Source of the DNA: Marsupella aquatica
Taxonomy: Eukaryota > Plantae > Marchantiophyta
Length of the DNA: 64,000 nucleotides
NCBI GenBank assembly: GCA_973895155.1
Contig: OZ316896.1
Location: forward strand, 9,869,525 to 9,933,524
Reading direction: 5' to 3'
Numbering within the stretch: position 1 is the first letter of the stretch; every line of letters starts with the position of its first letter. This document shows positions 36,735 through 49,427 of this stretch, piece by piece. The translations under genes were made by a program, and so were the position numbers. The notes under the pieces are model-generated. The model searched no databases, was not told the origin of the DNA, and was given only the letters and a program-made list of their open reading frames with translations.

Positions 36735-39700
36735 ATGTCGAATCCTTTTCGCGATTCTACACACTCAATTCCAAAGCTGGAAGGAGGAGTCAATTATGAC
36801 TCGTGGAAAATGCTTGTCTCCGCCGGTCTTCAATCATCGGGCTCGTGGAAGTTTATTGATGGAACTGCTACACCGCCTGTGAAGGAAACTGATGAGAAGG
36901 ATTACCACTTCACGGCTAGGCTTGAAGCTTACGATTCTCAAGCAGCGTTAGCCCGGATGATTATCCTGTCTTCTTGTAAGCCTCATGTCCAGACCAGTTT
37001 GGCACATTTGCTTACAGCGAAAGCATGTTGGGAGAAGCTGCAACAGCAATTTCAACCACGAGGAATCGTACAGAAACATGACTATTGGCGACATTTCGTC
37101 AAATTACAGTATCAAGGTGAGGAGATGGAAGCATTTTCTGGTCGATATTTGGATGCAGTCGATCGTTGTATCACTGCGGGAATCACCATTGATCCAGAGG
37201 TTCAGATTATGCAGTTCTTGTTCATTCTTGATCCACATCCGAATTTTCAGCACTGGGCTGCAAACATTCGCAACCAGATGCGTCGAGATCCATTGCACAC
37301 ACCATCTTTAGATCTGGTTCTTCAGGAGGCCAAGGATGAGTGGTGGAGTCAACAAGAACGAGAACAACCAACGCTTCAATTAAACGTGTCTCGATTGCAG
37401 ACACAAGCTCGGTCCTCACAGTCACGTTCTTCTGTACCCACTCCGAAGTGTTCGTTTTGCCACTTCTCCAATCACAAAGATGACATGTGTTTTTATAAAC
37501 ATGTCCATCTTCGTCGGCCTGGATGGCAACCGAATACCATCGTAATGCAACGGATTCAAGAACGATTGAAAGGAACAATGCAAGTTCAAGCATCTACCTC
37601 TAGTCAACCAACTAGATCGACTTCTCCGCTTCTTGATGTTTTTACCTTCGCTCAATACTCGCATCAAGTTCACTCGGATGCTACAGATCATCTAACACCA
37701 GCAACGTGGATTTCTGATTCGGGCGCTAACCACCATTTCTGTAACAATCGTGATACTTTGGAGAACTACGTGGATGATCCACTCACGATCAACACTGGAG
37801 CGGGCTCAGCAGTCTCACCAGGTTACGGAGATGTTCGTCTTTCACTTGCTCGTTCTGACGAGTCTGTTCGTCCTGTTCATTTGCATACAGTCCGATACCT
37901 GCCAACTAGCTTGCTTAATACCATGTCAGAACATTTGCTAGAACTACGCGGTGTATACTGGCATGGATGGCAGTCTAAATTTGTTATACAAAATAGTGGG
38001 GAGGAATTTGCTACAGCACGCAAAATAGATGGTCTAAAAGTACTTACGGTTCGACCCGATGTGTCGCCAGTGTGTCAAATAGCCGCTGCTGATAGTAGAT
38101 CTCTCACTCTTAATATCGTCCATAGGCGATTCGCACATCTACACCTAGATGGACTGAAACATCTAATTAAACAGGAAGGGATGGTTGTCACCGATATTAC
38201 CAATCCTGACCCGTGTACAGTTTGCGCCATAGCCAAGTCTAAGCGTATCATTTGCAGGGAGTCTCATGCTCCAGTCTCGAGACCCTTTGAGCGCATACAC
38301 ATGGATCTCGTAGGACCAATTGCCACTCAGGGGTTAGGATCCAAGAGATATTTCCTTCTAATTATGGATGACTTCACACGTTTTCGGTGGGTCTCCTCTC
38401 TTAACAATAAGACTCAGGTTCTTGAGGTCATTCGTCACTTCTTTACTGCCATTGACAATCAGTACTCATCTAAGATCTCAGAGTGTTATTGTGACAACGG
38501 CACTGAATTTGGCAGCCGTGTTTGCCAGCAATTTTTGGCTGACAAAGGTTGTCGGATGGTTCATTCTGCGCCATATCATCACAGTCAGAATGGCATTGTG
38601 GAACGTGAAAATGGCATCATTACTGAGAAAGCTCGGGCGATGCTGCTCGACTCTAAGCTTCCCACTTATTTGTGGCCTGAAGCTGTGGCTGCTGCAGTGT
38701 ACATCACGAATCGATCTCCCACGAGTGCGAATAATGATTTTGCTGCTCCAATTCTTTGTCTCCGTTCATCGCTTGGCTTACAATACAGATCAAATCTTAG
38801 CCACTTCCGTGTGTTTGGCGCCACCGCTCATGTTCATATTCCACCTGAGAAGCGTCCACGCGGTGCCAAGTTTGAGCCTCGAGCACAAACCGGTTATCTT
38901 GTAGGATATGCTGATGGTATCAATTACAGGGTCTGGTTTCCAAAGACAGATGCGATAGCAATCTCAGCTTATGTTTCATTTGATGAAACACCGAGAACTG
39001 CTCCGATCATGCCAGCTCAACTCAATATCCCCTTTGAGCTTCCAGAATTGGATTATGGTACAAGCGCTACGCCTACTCCTCTGCAGCTTGTCATTTCAAA
39101 TGACATCTCTCCAGCTTATGGTCTTCCTCATTCTTCTATCCCAGAAGAGGCGTTCACCATGCTACCTTCACCTTCGACAGTTTCTCTGACTTCCAACGAA
39201 GATACGGCAACTACTCCGGACGTTCCTGAGGTGGCCATCATGGCTCCCCCTCTTGGGACTCCATCTCACGAAGATCTTCAGGCTGATATTGATGCTGCAG
39301 TCGCTGGTACACCACCAATTCTTAGACGATCTGCTCGAGCTACCAAGGGCGTACCACCTGCTCGCTATGATTCTACGGGACAGACATTTGCTCTTTTGTC
39401 TCATATCCCTTCGTCGCTTTTGTATTCATACTCTGCGGCATTGTTTTCTTCAGGAACTCACCAGGTACCTTCCACGCATAAAGAAGCAATGAATCGACCC
39501 GATGCGGATCAATGGAAGACAGCTGAACAAACTGAGCTCACACAGCTTAAAAAGCTCCAAGTCGCTCAACTTTTTCCTTTACCTGCTGGAGCTCGTTTGT
39601 TACCCTCTCGTTGGGTATACTCACATAAACGAACCTCAGGTCTATACAAGGCCAGATTCGTTGCCAGGGGCGACAAGCAGCGTCCTGGTGAAGATTTTCA

Positions 39701-41147
39701 GGAAACATTTGCCTCGGTGGTCAGGCCAGAAACATTTCGAACCATCATGGCACTGCTGACCCTTCACAATCTACACGCTAAATCGTTTGATGTGGTTACA
39801 GCTTTCTTGTATGCACTAATGGCAGGCCAGATACCAATTTATGTGCGTCCTCCGCCAGGATATGAGGAATATGACGAAGCAAGTCGATTACTTGTTTGGC
39901 TTCTTCTAAAAGCCCTTTATGGTCTTTGACAGTCTCCTCGACTGTGGTACCTTGAACTTACACAATTCTTGGCTGCCTATGATTTTTTACCGCTTCCGGC
40001 TGATCCTTGTGTACTCAAAAATCCAGCAGGGGATTTACTCGTCTTGTGGGTGGACGATATAATCACCATTGCAAAAGAGATGCAGGCTATTGACCGCATG
40101 GAAGCCATACTCACATCTAAGTATGAGCTACGCGAGATGGGGGAGCTCACTGAATATCTTGGTCTACTTATTATCCGGGATCGAGTACAAGGCACACTCT
40201 ACCTTTCTCAGCGCACCTACTCCGAAAAAATTCTGAGTCGTTTTCACATGGAAGATTGTGTTGCTTTACAAGCTCCATCAACCGGTGCTGATCGTTTGCT
40301 TCCCAATCCAAGCCAAGCAACAGCTGACCAACGTCAATTATATCAAGCTTTCGTAGGTTCACTCATGTACCTCTCTGTCTGGACCCGGCCCGATATTGCT
40401 GAACGTTGTTCCAGATTGGGACAATTCGCGCATAATCCCGGTGCAGAGCATCAAAGCAACATTCGTCATGTTCTTGCGTACCTTAAAGGCACTCTCGATC
40501 TGGGAATTACCTTTTCTAGCTCTGCCACTTATGGGATTGAGGTCCACTCGTTGAATTTTCAAGGATACACTGATGCATCTTTTGCTGACAATTCTATGAA
40601 TCGACACTCAACATCGGGATATCTTTTCAAACTCGCGAATGGGGCTGTGAGCTAGAAATCTCGTAAACAGCCGGTCCTGGCTACAAGTTCTACCGAGGCT
40701 GAGTATATTGCATACTCAATCGCTGCTAAAGAAGCAGTATGGCTTCGAAATCTGCTATTACAGCTGGGGCATTCTTCTCCTGATATTCAGAAAGTCATCA
40801 TCTACGGCGATAACAAACCGGCGCTAGCACTTACGATTAATCCTGAACACCACAGCCGCACTAAGCACATCGAAGTTCAGTGGCACTACGTGAGGGAGCA
40901 AGTCAAGAAGGGCATCGTTTCACTGTCTTACCTTCCTACAGGCGAGATGCCTGCTGACGGCCTCACCAAACCTTTGGCTGGTGCTTCTTTCTTGCGTTTT
41001 GTTAAGCTTCTTGGGCTCCAGTCTCTTCCGCTGGAAGTCCGTGTCCCATCCGGGGGGTGTCCACGTCCTTCGTTGAATTTCATTTCGCCAGGAGGAACCA
41101 AACGCAAACGGCCTTTCTCTGATTTGAGCGAGCCGGGGGGTGTGTGA
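36735..41147 (+). pseudogene. Copia gag-pol polyprotein with stops at 39927 and 40653
   Basis: CSFC..H..C knuckle, WISDSGA protease, HRRFAH..CTVC, HMDL..CDNG..VER integrase, YKARFVARG, WVDD, YTDASF, TKHI. Confidence 0.95.
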
Positions 41148-41467
41148 AAGTTTACCTTTCTGTTTCGGTGCTCGTCAAATCGTGTCTATCCGTTCCAGGT
41201 GTCGGTTAGTCTACATTTACATACAGTAGTATCAGGCTTACTGTAAGCCACATTGCTTTCGTCGTTTTCTGTGCCACATGGCTTCCGCGGGACAACGGTG
41301 TGATAAGGACTGAGGTCCATCCCCGCGCCACTATGTACTCTGGCTCTCGCCCTCTTTTGAGGCATAATGAAATCTGCACTCCAGGAAGTTTTCAAAATCG
41401 TGTTCGATGGCTTTGAGTGTTTTTTTCCTGTCTCGTGTTCAAGCTCTACGCATCTAACGAGTCGACA
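41143..41467 (+). repeat. Copia 3' LTR, preceded by PPT GAGCGAGCCGGGGGGTG
   Basis: Direct repeat of 36312-36636. Confidence 0.96.
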
Positions 41468-42030
41468 AAACTAGACGTGTACAGTTATGGAATGGTCTTG
41501 TTACAGATCGTGAGTGGGAGGCAGATTGATGACCAGAAGTGAAACCTTACTTGCTTTAGTGGGCGAGAACTCACGTAGAAGCTAGATGGCTATGTCGAGA
41601 GGGTGGTGGATCAAATCCTCAGCGGGACAGTGCAGGTGGAGTATAGAGAGGCCCTGATGGCGAATTGTAAATAGTTGATCCACTTAGCAATGCGCTGTCT
41701 TGCGGAGAGACCAGAATTGAGGCCTGAGATGAGTGAAGTTTTTGGAGACCAGCGACGGTTTACGTGACGTACTTGACCTCGAAACTCCGCCTACCAGTGA
41801 AGATGACAGATCAGGCCCTGCCGACCATGATACGTCTACCGATGTTAAGCTCGAAAAGTCCAGGTTTACTGCCAGGCGCTTGATACCCGTCTCGGGAGAA
41901 CGCGAAGGATCGTTCAACCATTTAAGTCCTGAACTTAAAGATGAAGTAGGAAACTTGGAGAGGAACTCCGAGAGTACACTGTCAGTTACTTCACCAGCAG
42001 AGGCTGTAAAGGGGCGACTCAGTCTCTGTT

Positions 42031-42430
42031 TCCCAAGCTCCTTTTCCCAAGCTTCCCAGGCTATGTACCTTGCCCACCCTAGTCCCCAATGTTGTTGAGC
42101 TTCCCAGGCTCTGTACCTTACCCATCCCAGTCCCCAGTGTTACTGAGCTTCCCATGCTCTGTACCAAGTCCCAATTCCCAATTCCCAATTCCCAATGTTG
42201 CTGTTCTCTCTTGCCTTAGTAAGTTAATGCTCCTTTTTCCCAAGCTTCCCACCCAATGTTGCTGTTCTCTCTTGCCTTAGTAAGTTAATGCTCCTTTTTC
42301 CCAAGCTTCCCAGGCTCTGTACCCTGCCCATCCCAGTCCCCACCCTGCCCATCCCAGTCCCCAATGTTGCTGTTAGCTCTGGCCTGAGTTTGCCAAAACA
42401 TGTACACCAATACTCCAACATTTTGTCACC
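42031..42430. repeat. CCCAGTCCCCAATGTTG / CTTCCCAGGCTCTGTACC terminal repeat cluster
   Basis: Several short tandem units, including a ~59-bp duplication at ~42190-42310. Confidence 0.75.
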
Positions 42431-42757
42431 TGTGTGGGCTCTATTAACTTTGTGTCATCAACTTTGGGTTCATGTTTTGACATTTACTTGTTGTTGCCTG
42501 CTCCAGCCCAACTCCCCAATGTTGTTACTCTCTCTGGCCAAGTTTGCCAAAACACAAACCAAGATTTTATTCATAATTATTCATGACTTTTATCTAAACT
42601 ACTAGACTTTGCCCTGAACACTCAGACTCTATTACAAAAGAGACATGACTCCATTGAAAAGAAGTGCTATCATAACATAAAAACACTACTCCATAGAAAA
42701 GATTGAATCAACCTATTCATTAAAAGTGTATTTTCTTTTGTTCACAAATGAGTCTTG

Positions 42758-42835
42758 AAATGTACACTTTCATGGCCCCAAATGTACACTTCAAGACACC
42801 CAAATGTACACTTTTGTGTCTCTAAATGTACACTT
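42758..42835. repeat. AAATGTACACTT array (left)
   Basis: Four copies about 21-22 bp apart. Confidence 0.85.
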
Positions 42836-43092
42836 TATAGGCCAAATATATCACATTAGTATTATATTAATAAATAATACATATTATATTATTTAATAAT
42901 TCACAGAGAAGTGGAGGATAGGAACTTATAAAAATATTTCATCCCCATTTAAGGACCAGATATTGTGTGAACAAAATAACATCATTCCAAATAGATTATA
43001 AAATATCTTTATATAATTATCTGCAAATTTACAATGAATACGAACATATTTGTGGTACTATCCAAGGGGATTAACACAAGTCAATTAAATAT

Positions 43093-44251
43093 CTAAACCA
43101 AGTGCTCTGTACAATGTGTATTTGAGCATGTGCCCCTGTCTCCTTTCCTATCTACCCTATTGTCACGGTTGCAACGCCCTTTATTTTCAGGGAGTTGAAA
43201 TCTGGTGGTGTTGTTCCTAATGGCTATAATCTCGCGCAAAAAGTGTCTGGGATTTTCTCTATATGGACCTGAATAGTCCTTTCCTAAAAATGATTTAGCA
43301 AGTGAGTTGACAAGTGCATTGTCAAGTTCCGCCTTAGGACGTAAACTACATATACGGTGCTTTACATTCCAAGGGATCTCATTGCTGTTGAGGTCCAACA
43401 CACTATGCGTAAACTGTTACTTCCAAATTTTTGCTGCAAATCTCTTGCTAAGTTGATCATAAGTAATCTCATTTTTTGCCTTGTCTCTCTTCATGTGCAA
43501 AAGAGACCACTTTGGAGAGTTGAGAAGAAGATAACATCGAATGTCACTTGCATGTGATAGTTTCTCAAGACATGGCCAAAGAATTGCTAGAAGAAAATTA
43601 TCTCCACGATTGGCATGCGTGTAGGGCACTGGAAATAATCCGGTCATGTTTGGGTTAGCAAATGCCTTAAGGGGGGAGTCATCCACAAGGAGGGTGTTGG
43701 TTTCATTATATAGATTTTCAAATGCATTCCATACCACCTGAAAATCCTTCAGTAGCACATTTGTCTTTCCGTTTGTAATGTCACGCCTTTGAATGCCTGT
43801 GTCAAAAGCTTCCACCTCTGTGAATACAAACTGGAGTTTTGACCTCTCCTCATCAGTGAACATCATGTTCAACATTTTCATTGTTCACGGTATCCCAGCA
43901 CATGTCCAAATTGCAACGTCAAATCTGTCAAAAACCAACTTTAGAAACTCATGGAGCCCTGGTCGTTCTGTATACATGCGACTAATACCATTTTTTCTAT
44001 CCCAATGCACTCCACTTGAGGTGACAATATTCCTGGATGTGCCCTTGCTTTGGAATTCAATAGAATCCCAAAGTATTTTATTAAGGTCCAAAATCAGCAA
44101 CTTCCGCTTGACGGGACCAGGTCTCGATTCTGCAAGTGCACCAAACACCATTCTCAGAGAAAAGACCAAAAGTGAACTTTGGATTAGGATTGTCTCAGTC
44201 CAAAAATACAAGACAATGGCTGACAAAAAAGAAAAGTAACCTACATACCAT
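43093..44251 (-). pseudogene. FCP1/SCP-like (NIF) HAD phosphatase domain protein with two in-frame stops
   Basis: KLLILDLNKILW, ERPGLHEFLKLVFDRFDVAIWT, KDFQVVW, TLLVDDSPLKAFANP; ORFs 43885-44226, 43417-43881 and 43093-43401 share one frame. Confidence 0.85.
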
Positions 44252-45134
44252 TTTTAGAAGCCTCACAATGTGTAGACGGATATGGAGACTTTAATTGGTG
44301 AGCGCATTCTATGAGACCGAGAAATATTTTAGATTGATATGAATAAATAGAAAGTCAAAGGCTTAATTTCATTTCGAAATAAAAGATCCGTATTCATCAA
44401 TAATCATGTCAGCACCAAGCTCCTGTTGGATTTCAAAATTGACATCTGAAGTACTTTGTTCTACCCAATAAGGTGAAGTCCAAACAGGAGTTATCAACCC
44501 CAATTCTCCCCTCTTATACTCCTCCTTATTGAGAATTGAAGGAGCAGCATCCAATGATATTTCTTGGCCTTGATTTGGCCCACTTTTCCACACGTAACAT
44601 CGTGCATCGCATTCCAATGACCTCCATCCAATTGATCCAACTCTATTATTTTCCTTTCTTTTTTGAGAGCGGAAGGACAATAGGACTCCCTGAGTGTGAA
44701 CGAACGAACACCAATTTGTCATCAGAAGCTGAAAAGAGTGTGTCAAGACAAGTTGAAGCACCTGCCTGGTTGTCAGCAGCCGTTGATGCATTTCCTCCTG
44801 GATTGATCGGAATGTCAGGCAATCCGCCAGTCTCCCCCCGAGTCAATTCTTTAGTTTCAGCTTCATTTGAATCTCCAAGCCTCGTTGCGCCTTCATTGAT
44901 CAGATTGGTTGAAGAAAGTTGATCAAACGTATCAACCCTTGCTCCTTCCAGTTGCTCCATCTGTCCTCCCAGCGTTGTTGGATTGGGATCATCCTTGTCC
45001 AAGTTATCATCAACTTGAACTTCATTGGGCCCCGGAGGGATGTCATCTAAACCAGATGAACGGTTTGGTGCAAGTCCAATATCATCATCTACATCGTAAG
45101 GCTCACCTTGACCAACACGGTCATCCAAACCCTG

Positions 45135-46153
45135 GGCCCTCACTCTTACTATATGAAGTGAACCCCCCTGAGAACAAACACCCCCTGTACCCCTTCTTAA
45201 TATTTTTGTTCACAAAAGAAATCCCATTGTTAATGTAAAAATATTAACTTTTCCTATTAAATTTTATCTTTTTGTAAATTATAATAGAGTTTTTCAAGGA
45301 ATTGAAAACACCCTTGAATTTTTAGAATTACAAATATCATATTGAAATAGATAAAACTTTATCTTTCATAGGGGACTTGTATGTTATGCTCGATCTTCAA
45401 GGTACATATTTTATATATAGATAAATAAAATTAGTACGAGAGAAAATTATAGTTCTTCCTATAGTTTACACATAGCCATGCACTCTTGTCTTAGTGTTCG
45501 CAAAAGTGCCTCTAAACTTCTAGTTTCATAAATACTATATATGCATAATCCAGGAATAATACTCCAAAGTCTGAACCAACTATAACAAACATTGTTGAGC
45601 GCCTGAGACCCCTCCCTCAACACACAAACGCATCTGGCCTCATACCTGGTTGTTTGATTCAAGGGAATCCAAAAGTAATCTTGTCCTTCCATGTGGGATT
45701 GATCCATGGATCCCCATCAATCCTAGTTTCCCAACCAAGTTGGGCCCAAAGATTCTAGCCCAACATTTACTCAACTCCCCAGTTAACTCCTAAACATGCG
45801 GGTAAACATGTCTACCCAAACCCATTTGTTCCACCATAAGGGGACCAACGAAACCAAACTTGCCTTAAGACAATAAATAATTAAATGTTTGATTTACTAT
45901 ATGGACACGTGTGCAAATGAAGTGATGACATGTGTGCCAACCATATAGTGACGCGTGTACTTGGCATTTTGGGTACCCTTGCATAAGATTTATGTCACAT
46001 GTATTGATAAGAGTCTTATTACTAATATTGTGGCGAATGTATATAGAGGGATGTTGCCTACTTTAAAAACTATTATAAAAATTAGTTTGCATTACATTAA
46101 AAATACCCTTGCATTGTTCGCACGTCCTCCCTGTATTAGTAACACTAAGGGCC
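45135..46153. mobile_element. Non-autonomous TIR element (MITE-like, PIF/Harbinger-Nuwa-like ends), copy 1
   Basis: GGCCCT...AGGGCC ends within CCCTG / CAGGG flanks; removal restores NLDAQGLDDR; homologous to 50649-51942 in inverted orientation. Confidence 0.8.
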
Positions 46154-47842
46154 CAGGGCATCCAAATTCTTGACATATGCCTCCTCTGATGCCTCTACGC
46201 CTTCAGCCACTTTGTCAACAACATCTTCAGACTCAGAACCATCGGATTCAACAGCGACAGCTACAGCCGCAACAGTGGTAGCCCATTGTCAAGAATTTTC
46301 AGCAAGTGATTCACAATGGGCTTTAAGTGGGGGAACTCTCTCGCAAAGGTAGGAAGCAAAAGCTTCCACAAAATGCCTCTCGGAGTGAGAGTCACAATAA
46401 ACAAAGCATTCCCTATCGCAAAAAAATGATGTCTTCATGACTTGGCCACTACAGAAAAAATCTAGAACCAAATCTCCCGGTTCTGACAAGGATTCAATAA
46501 TCCTTCGGATCATCCGTGTGGGTTTGGCATGAGGATTAACCCACCCTCCGCGACTGCCAACTGTCTCAAATCGAGGGGCCATATTCATAATCTTGACGGC
46601 CTCTTCCGGGTCCAAAACCACTTTTAGGTCATCATTTTGTGTCCCCTCATCTGATTCCTTAGCCTTCCCCTTTCCCTTGTTGATCTTGCATACTTTGTAA
46701 TCAACATCCTTTGAAGTATACAAGAATTTTGGCTTTGGATAGTTGGGCTTGAAAACTTCATTCCGATTGACGTCTTCATCTTGAGAAATCCCTGCAAAGA
46801 TAACTTCTTCAATCCCCCCACCCCAACATGAGTCATGAGGGTGCGGTTGATCATCTCGAGAATAACTCCCATACTCAATGTGAATGGTCAAAGCTTTCTT
46901 GTCCCAATTTACGAAGGGCACCATGGACATTCAATGCAAGTTGTCCAGGATGAACTGTTATCGTCACAACAGTTGTGGGATTTTGTTGAAGCTCCACAAT
47001 ATATTCAAAGAGAACAAGAATCCCTGCTTCAGTCCATTGTTTTTGCGGAAGCCGGCTAAAATCAACAATGGCAAGAGGGCAAGTCGGAGGAGCTTCTTGC
47101 AATGACTCTGGATCAATGGTCTTCATGAGATTGTCGCTAAAAAATGTAACCCATGGTAGGGTCCGAGAACGTGATCCTCCGCCAAATTTCTGGCAGTATA
47201 TATCATCTAGGCGGAATGCCAATGCCGTCGGCAAGATTGCGCTCTCCCGCGTATGATTTGGCTTTAAAAGGTTGGCAAGATAGACCTTGCCAGCGACTCT
47301 TCGACACCTGCTGATCTTTGAATCAATTGCTAGCGTAGGAAGAACCTCCACTACTTTCCCCCAATTAGTATTTGTCGGGAAATTCACCGCATCCTTGGTG
47401 CAATAGTAGTCTTCAATAAGAGACTCTAGTCCGCACGATCTTCACATCTTTGGCCAACTCCTCTATAGATGGCATGTCTGATTTATTAGAGGCATCTTTC
47501 TTTAGCAATACCTTTCTTGACTTCACCCGCGTCAGTATTCTTGTGATGTCTTGTTGTGAGATCAACTCACCATCAAAACAACAAAACATGGAAACAGTAA
47601 TTGCTTTTTCAGACTTCTCATTTCCTTCTACCCCAGCTCCATCGGGAAGTTTCCCATCCAACCACAACTGGCATACCAAACTCCATAACTCACAAAGAGC
47701 ATTGTCCGCAAACAGTAACCAGTAAACATTTTGACAATCTTTCCTTCCCAGGGTCATTCTTGCAAGAGCCAACCAATCCTACAATTGCAAAGGAAAGTCT
47801 GTTAGTTCTCCATAACTCAATTGTTTGAAAGCACTCAGGTGC

Positions 47843-48470
47843 GGACTGAGACCATCCCAGTCCAACACAGAACTAGACAGTATCAGTGGAAATATTCTAT
47901 TGAATGTGCATGATTTAGTTTGGACTGGGACCATCCCAGTCCAGAACAAAACTAGACAGTATCAGTGGAAAAATAATCTATTGAATGTGTATGAATCCAT
48001 TTGGACTGGGACCATCCCAGTCCAACGCAAAACTAGGCGATATCAGTGGAAATATTCTACTGAATGTGCATGAATCCATTTGGACTGGGACTGTCCCAGT
48101 CCAACACAAAACTAGACGATATCAGTGGAAATAGTCTATTGAATGTGCATGAATCCATTTGGACTGGGACCATCCTAGTCCAACGCAAAACTAGGCGATA
48201 TCAGTGGAAATATTCTACTGAATGTGCATGAATCCATTTGGACTGGGACTGTCCCAGTCCAACACAAAACTAGACGATATCAGTGGAAATAGTCTATTGA
48301 ATGTGCATGAATCCATTTGGACTGGGACCATCCTAGTCCAACGCAAAACTAGGCGATATCAGTGGAAATATTCTACTGAATGTGCATGAATCCATTTGGA
48401 CTGGGACCATCCCAGTCCAACGCAAAACTAGGCGATATCAGTGGAAATATTCTACTAAATGTGCATGAAT
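47843..48470. repeat. ~79-bp minisatellite, about 8 units, each with an 11-bp-stem palindrome; intronic
   Basis: TTGGACTGGGA-CCA-TCCCAGTCCAA plus a constant linker, in tandem. Confidence 0.95.
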
Positions 48471-48951
48471 CTAAGGTATTGTACCCATCAAGTAGTAACA
48501 CTTTGTACCTGAAATTTTTGATTGTCTTGAGCGTTTGTTTTGTTGTCCCCATGTTTTGGCCGGCTAGGTCTTCCACATTCCACAAATTGTCGCCTAGCAT
48601 GAACAACTGTATCTTTCAAGCATGACTGAAACACCATCGTGCTATTGATCGCATTAGATCGCATTGAATGCTCAACTAATATTGACAATGGTGTTCGATG
48701 AGATAATATTCTTGACTTTCAAAATTCCAGCTTTTTTGCCAATGCTGTCAGCTTGGCATCCTTGTTTGCCCATTCTCGAATCCATCTGGCTGCTCTGGCC
48801 GAATGTTGACCGCTAATGGCAAGGAATTGAACCTTTCCCTTTTTCACAACTGTTACAAAGTCCCTCCTATCTGATTCCGTGTTGGCATACTGCATTAGGT
48901 TTCTATGTTTTGTAGTGTAAGGAATCAAGTCTGCTATGTGTGGTTCATGCC

Positions 48952-49427
48952 CCCGGGTATGCAACTCCCCTTTTTATAAGGCAAGTTTTTAATTCCTTAT
49001 AATGGCCTTATATTCAATTGACCATCTTAGATTTCATTTTCGTGTACTAAAGTCTTGTACCTCTCAACTCAAGGAATCCAAAAATGTAACTTGAAATAAA
49101 AACCAAGCATGTTTTGATGTACAAATAGTTGATCAAAACCAAATTATATGGGTTTTTTTTAATACAGGGGTCTACAGCCAAACTAGCCAGCTTTTTAGGA
49201 TTTTTATTAAAATTTTAAAAATCTTTTAATAAAAATTAAAACATGTATAGGAATATTTTTTAATTTCATATGGAAAAAGAAGAAAACCAAACCTTTTATA
49301 TGACTTGAAAATTTTTAAAAGTGGAAAACCCAGGTTTTTTCAAATTTTAATTATTTTGTATAGCCAACTTTTTAGTCCATATAAAAATGTAGACCCCTGT
49401 CTATTATATAAGAGTTGCGTACCCGGG
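48952..49427. mobile_element. MITE with 16-bp TIRs and a TSD of at least 8 bp, inserted in the ParB-like domain
   Basis: CCCGGGTA(T/C)GCAACTC inverted ends; TTCATGCC duplicated at 48944-48951 and 49428-49435; excision restores NPGHEPHI. Confidence 0.9.

Larger units (their letters stand above)
36312..41467 (+). mobile_element. Full-length Ty1/copia LTR retrotransposon inserted in the kinase exon
   Basis: 325-bp TG...CA LTRs, TSD AAACT (36307-36311 and 41468-41472), gag-PR-IN-RT-RH order; the kinase frame resumes as KLDVYSYG. Confidence 0.97.
31414..42030 (+). pseudogene. Receptor-like kinase pseudogene: signal-like N-terminus, Cys-rich region, Cache/VWA (alpha2delta/CACHD1-like) ectodomain, TM helix, non-RD kinase. 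Exons ~31414-31600, 31813-31987, 32216-32406, 32553-32602, 32785-33007, 33174-33364, 33545-33860, 34025-34194, 35415-36311 + 41473-~42030
   Basis: FFGAVDGSFRYYPG, YDPRRRAWY, KDVVVLIDTGTSM, ELGQVITVGYP, VAGIDV; TM IVVGVVVGVAVGLLVLAVLIFL+RRR; GKGAFG, VAVK, HLDIKPRN, DFG, GTFGYISPE, DVYSYG, RPEMSEV; frameshifts at ~33240 and ~35720, further lesions after 41530. Confidence 0.88.

Noticed and set aside
41991-42605. Short ORFs on both strands
   Set aside because: They are translations of the terminal tandem repeats.
47843-48470. CRISPR-like array of palindromic repeats
   Set aside because: The intervening sequences are near-identical rather than unique spacers, there are no cas genes, and it lies in a eukaryotic intron.
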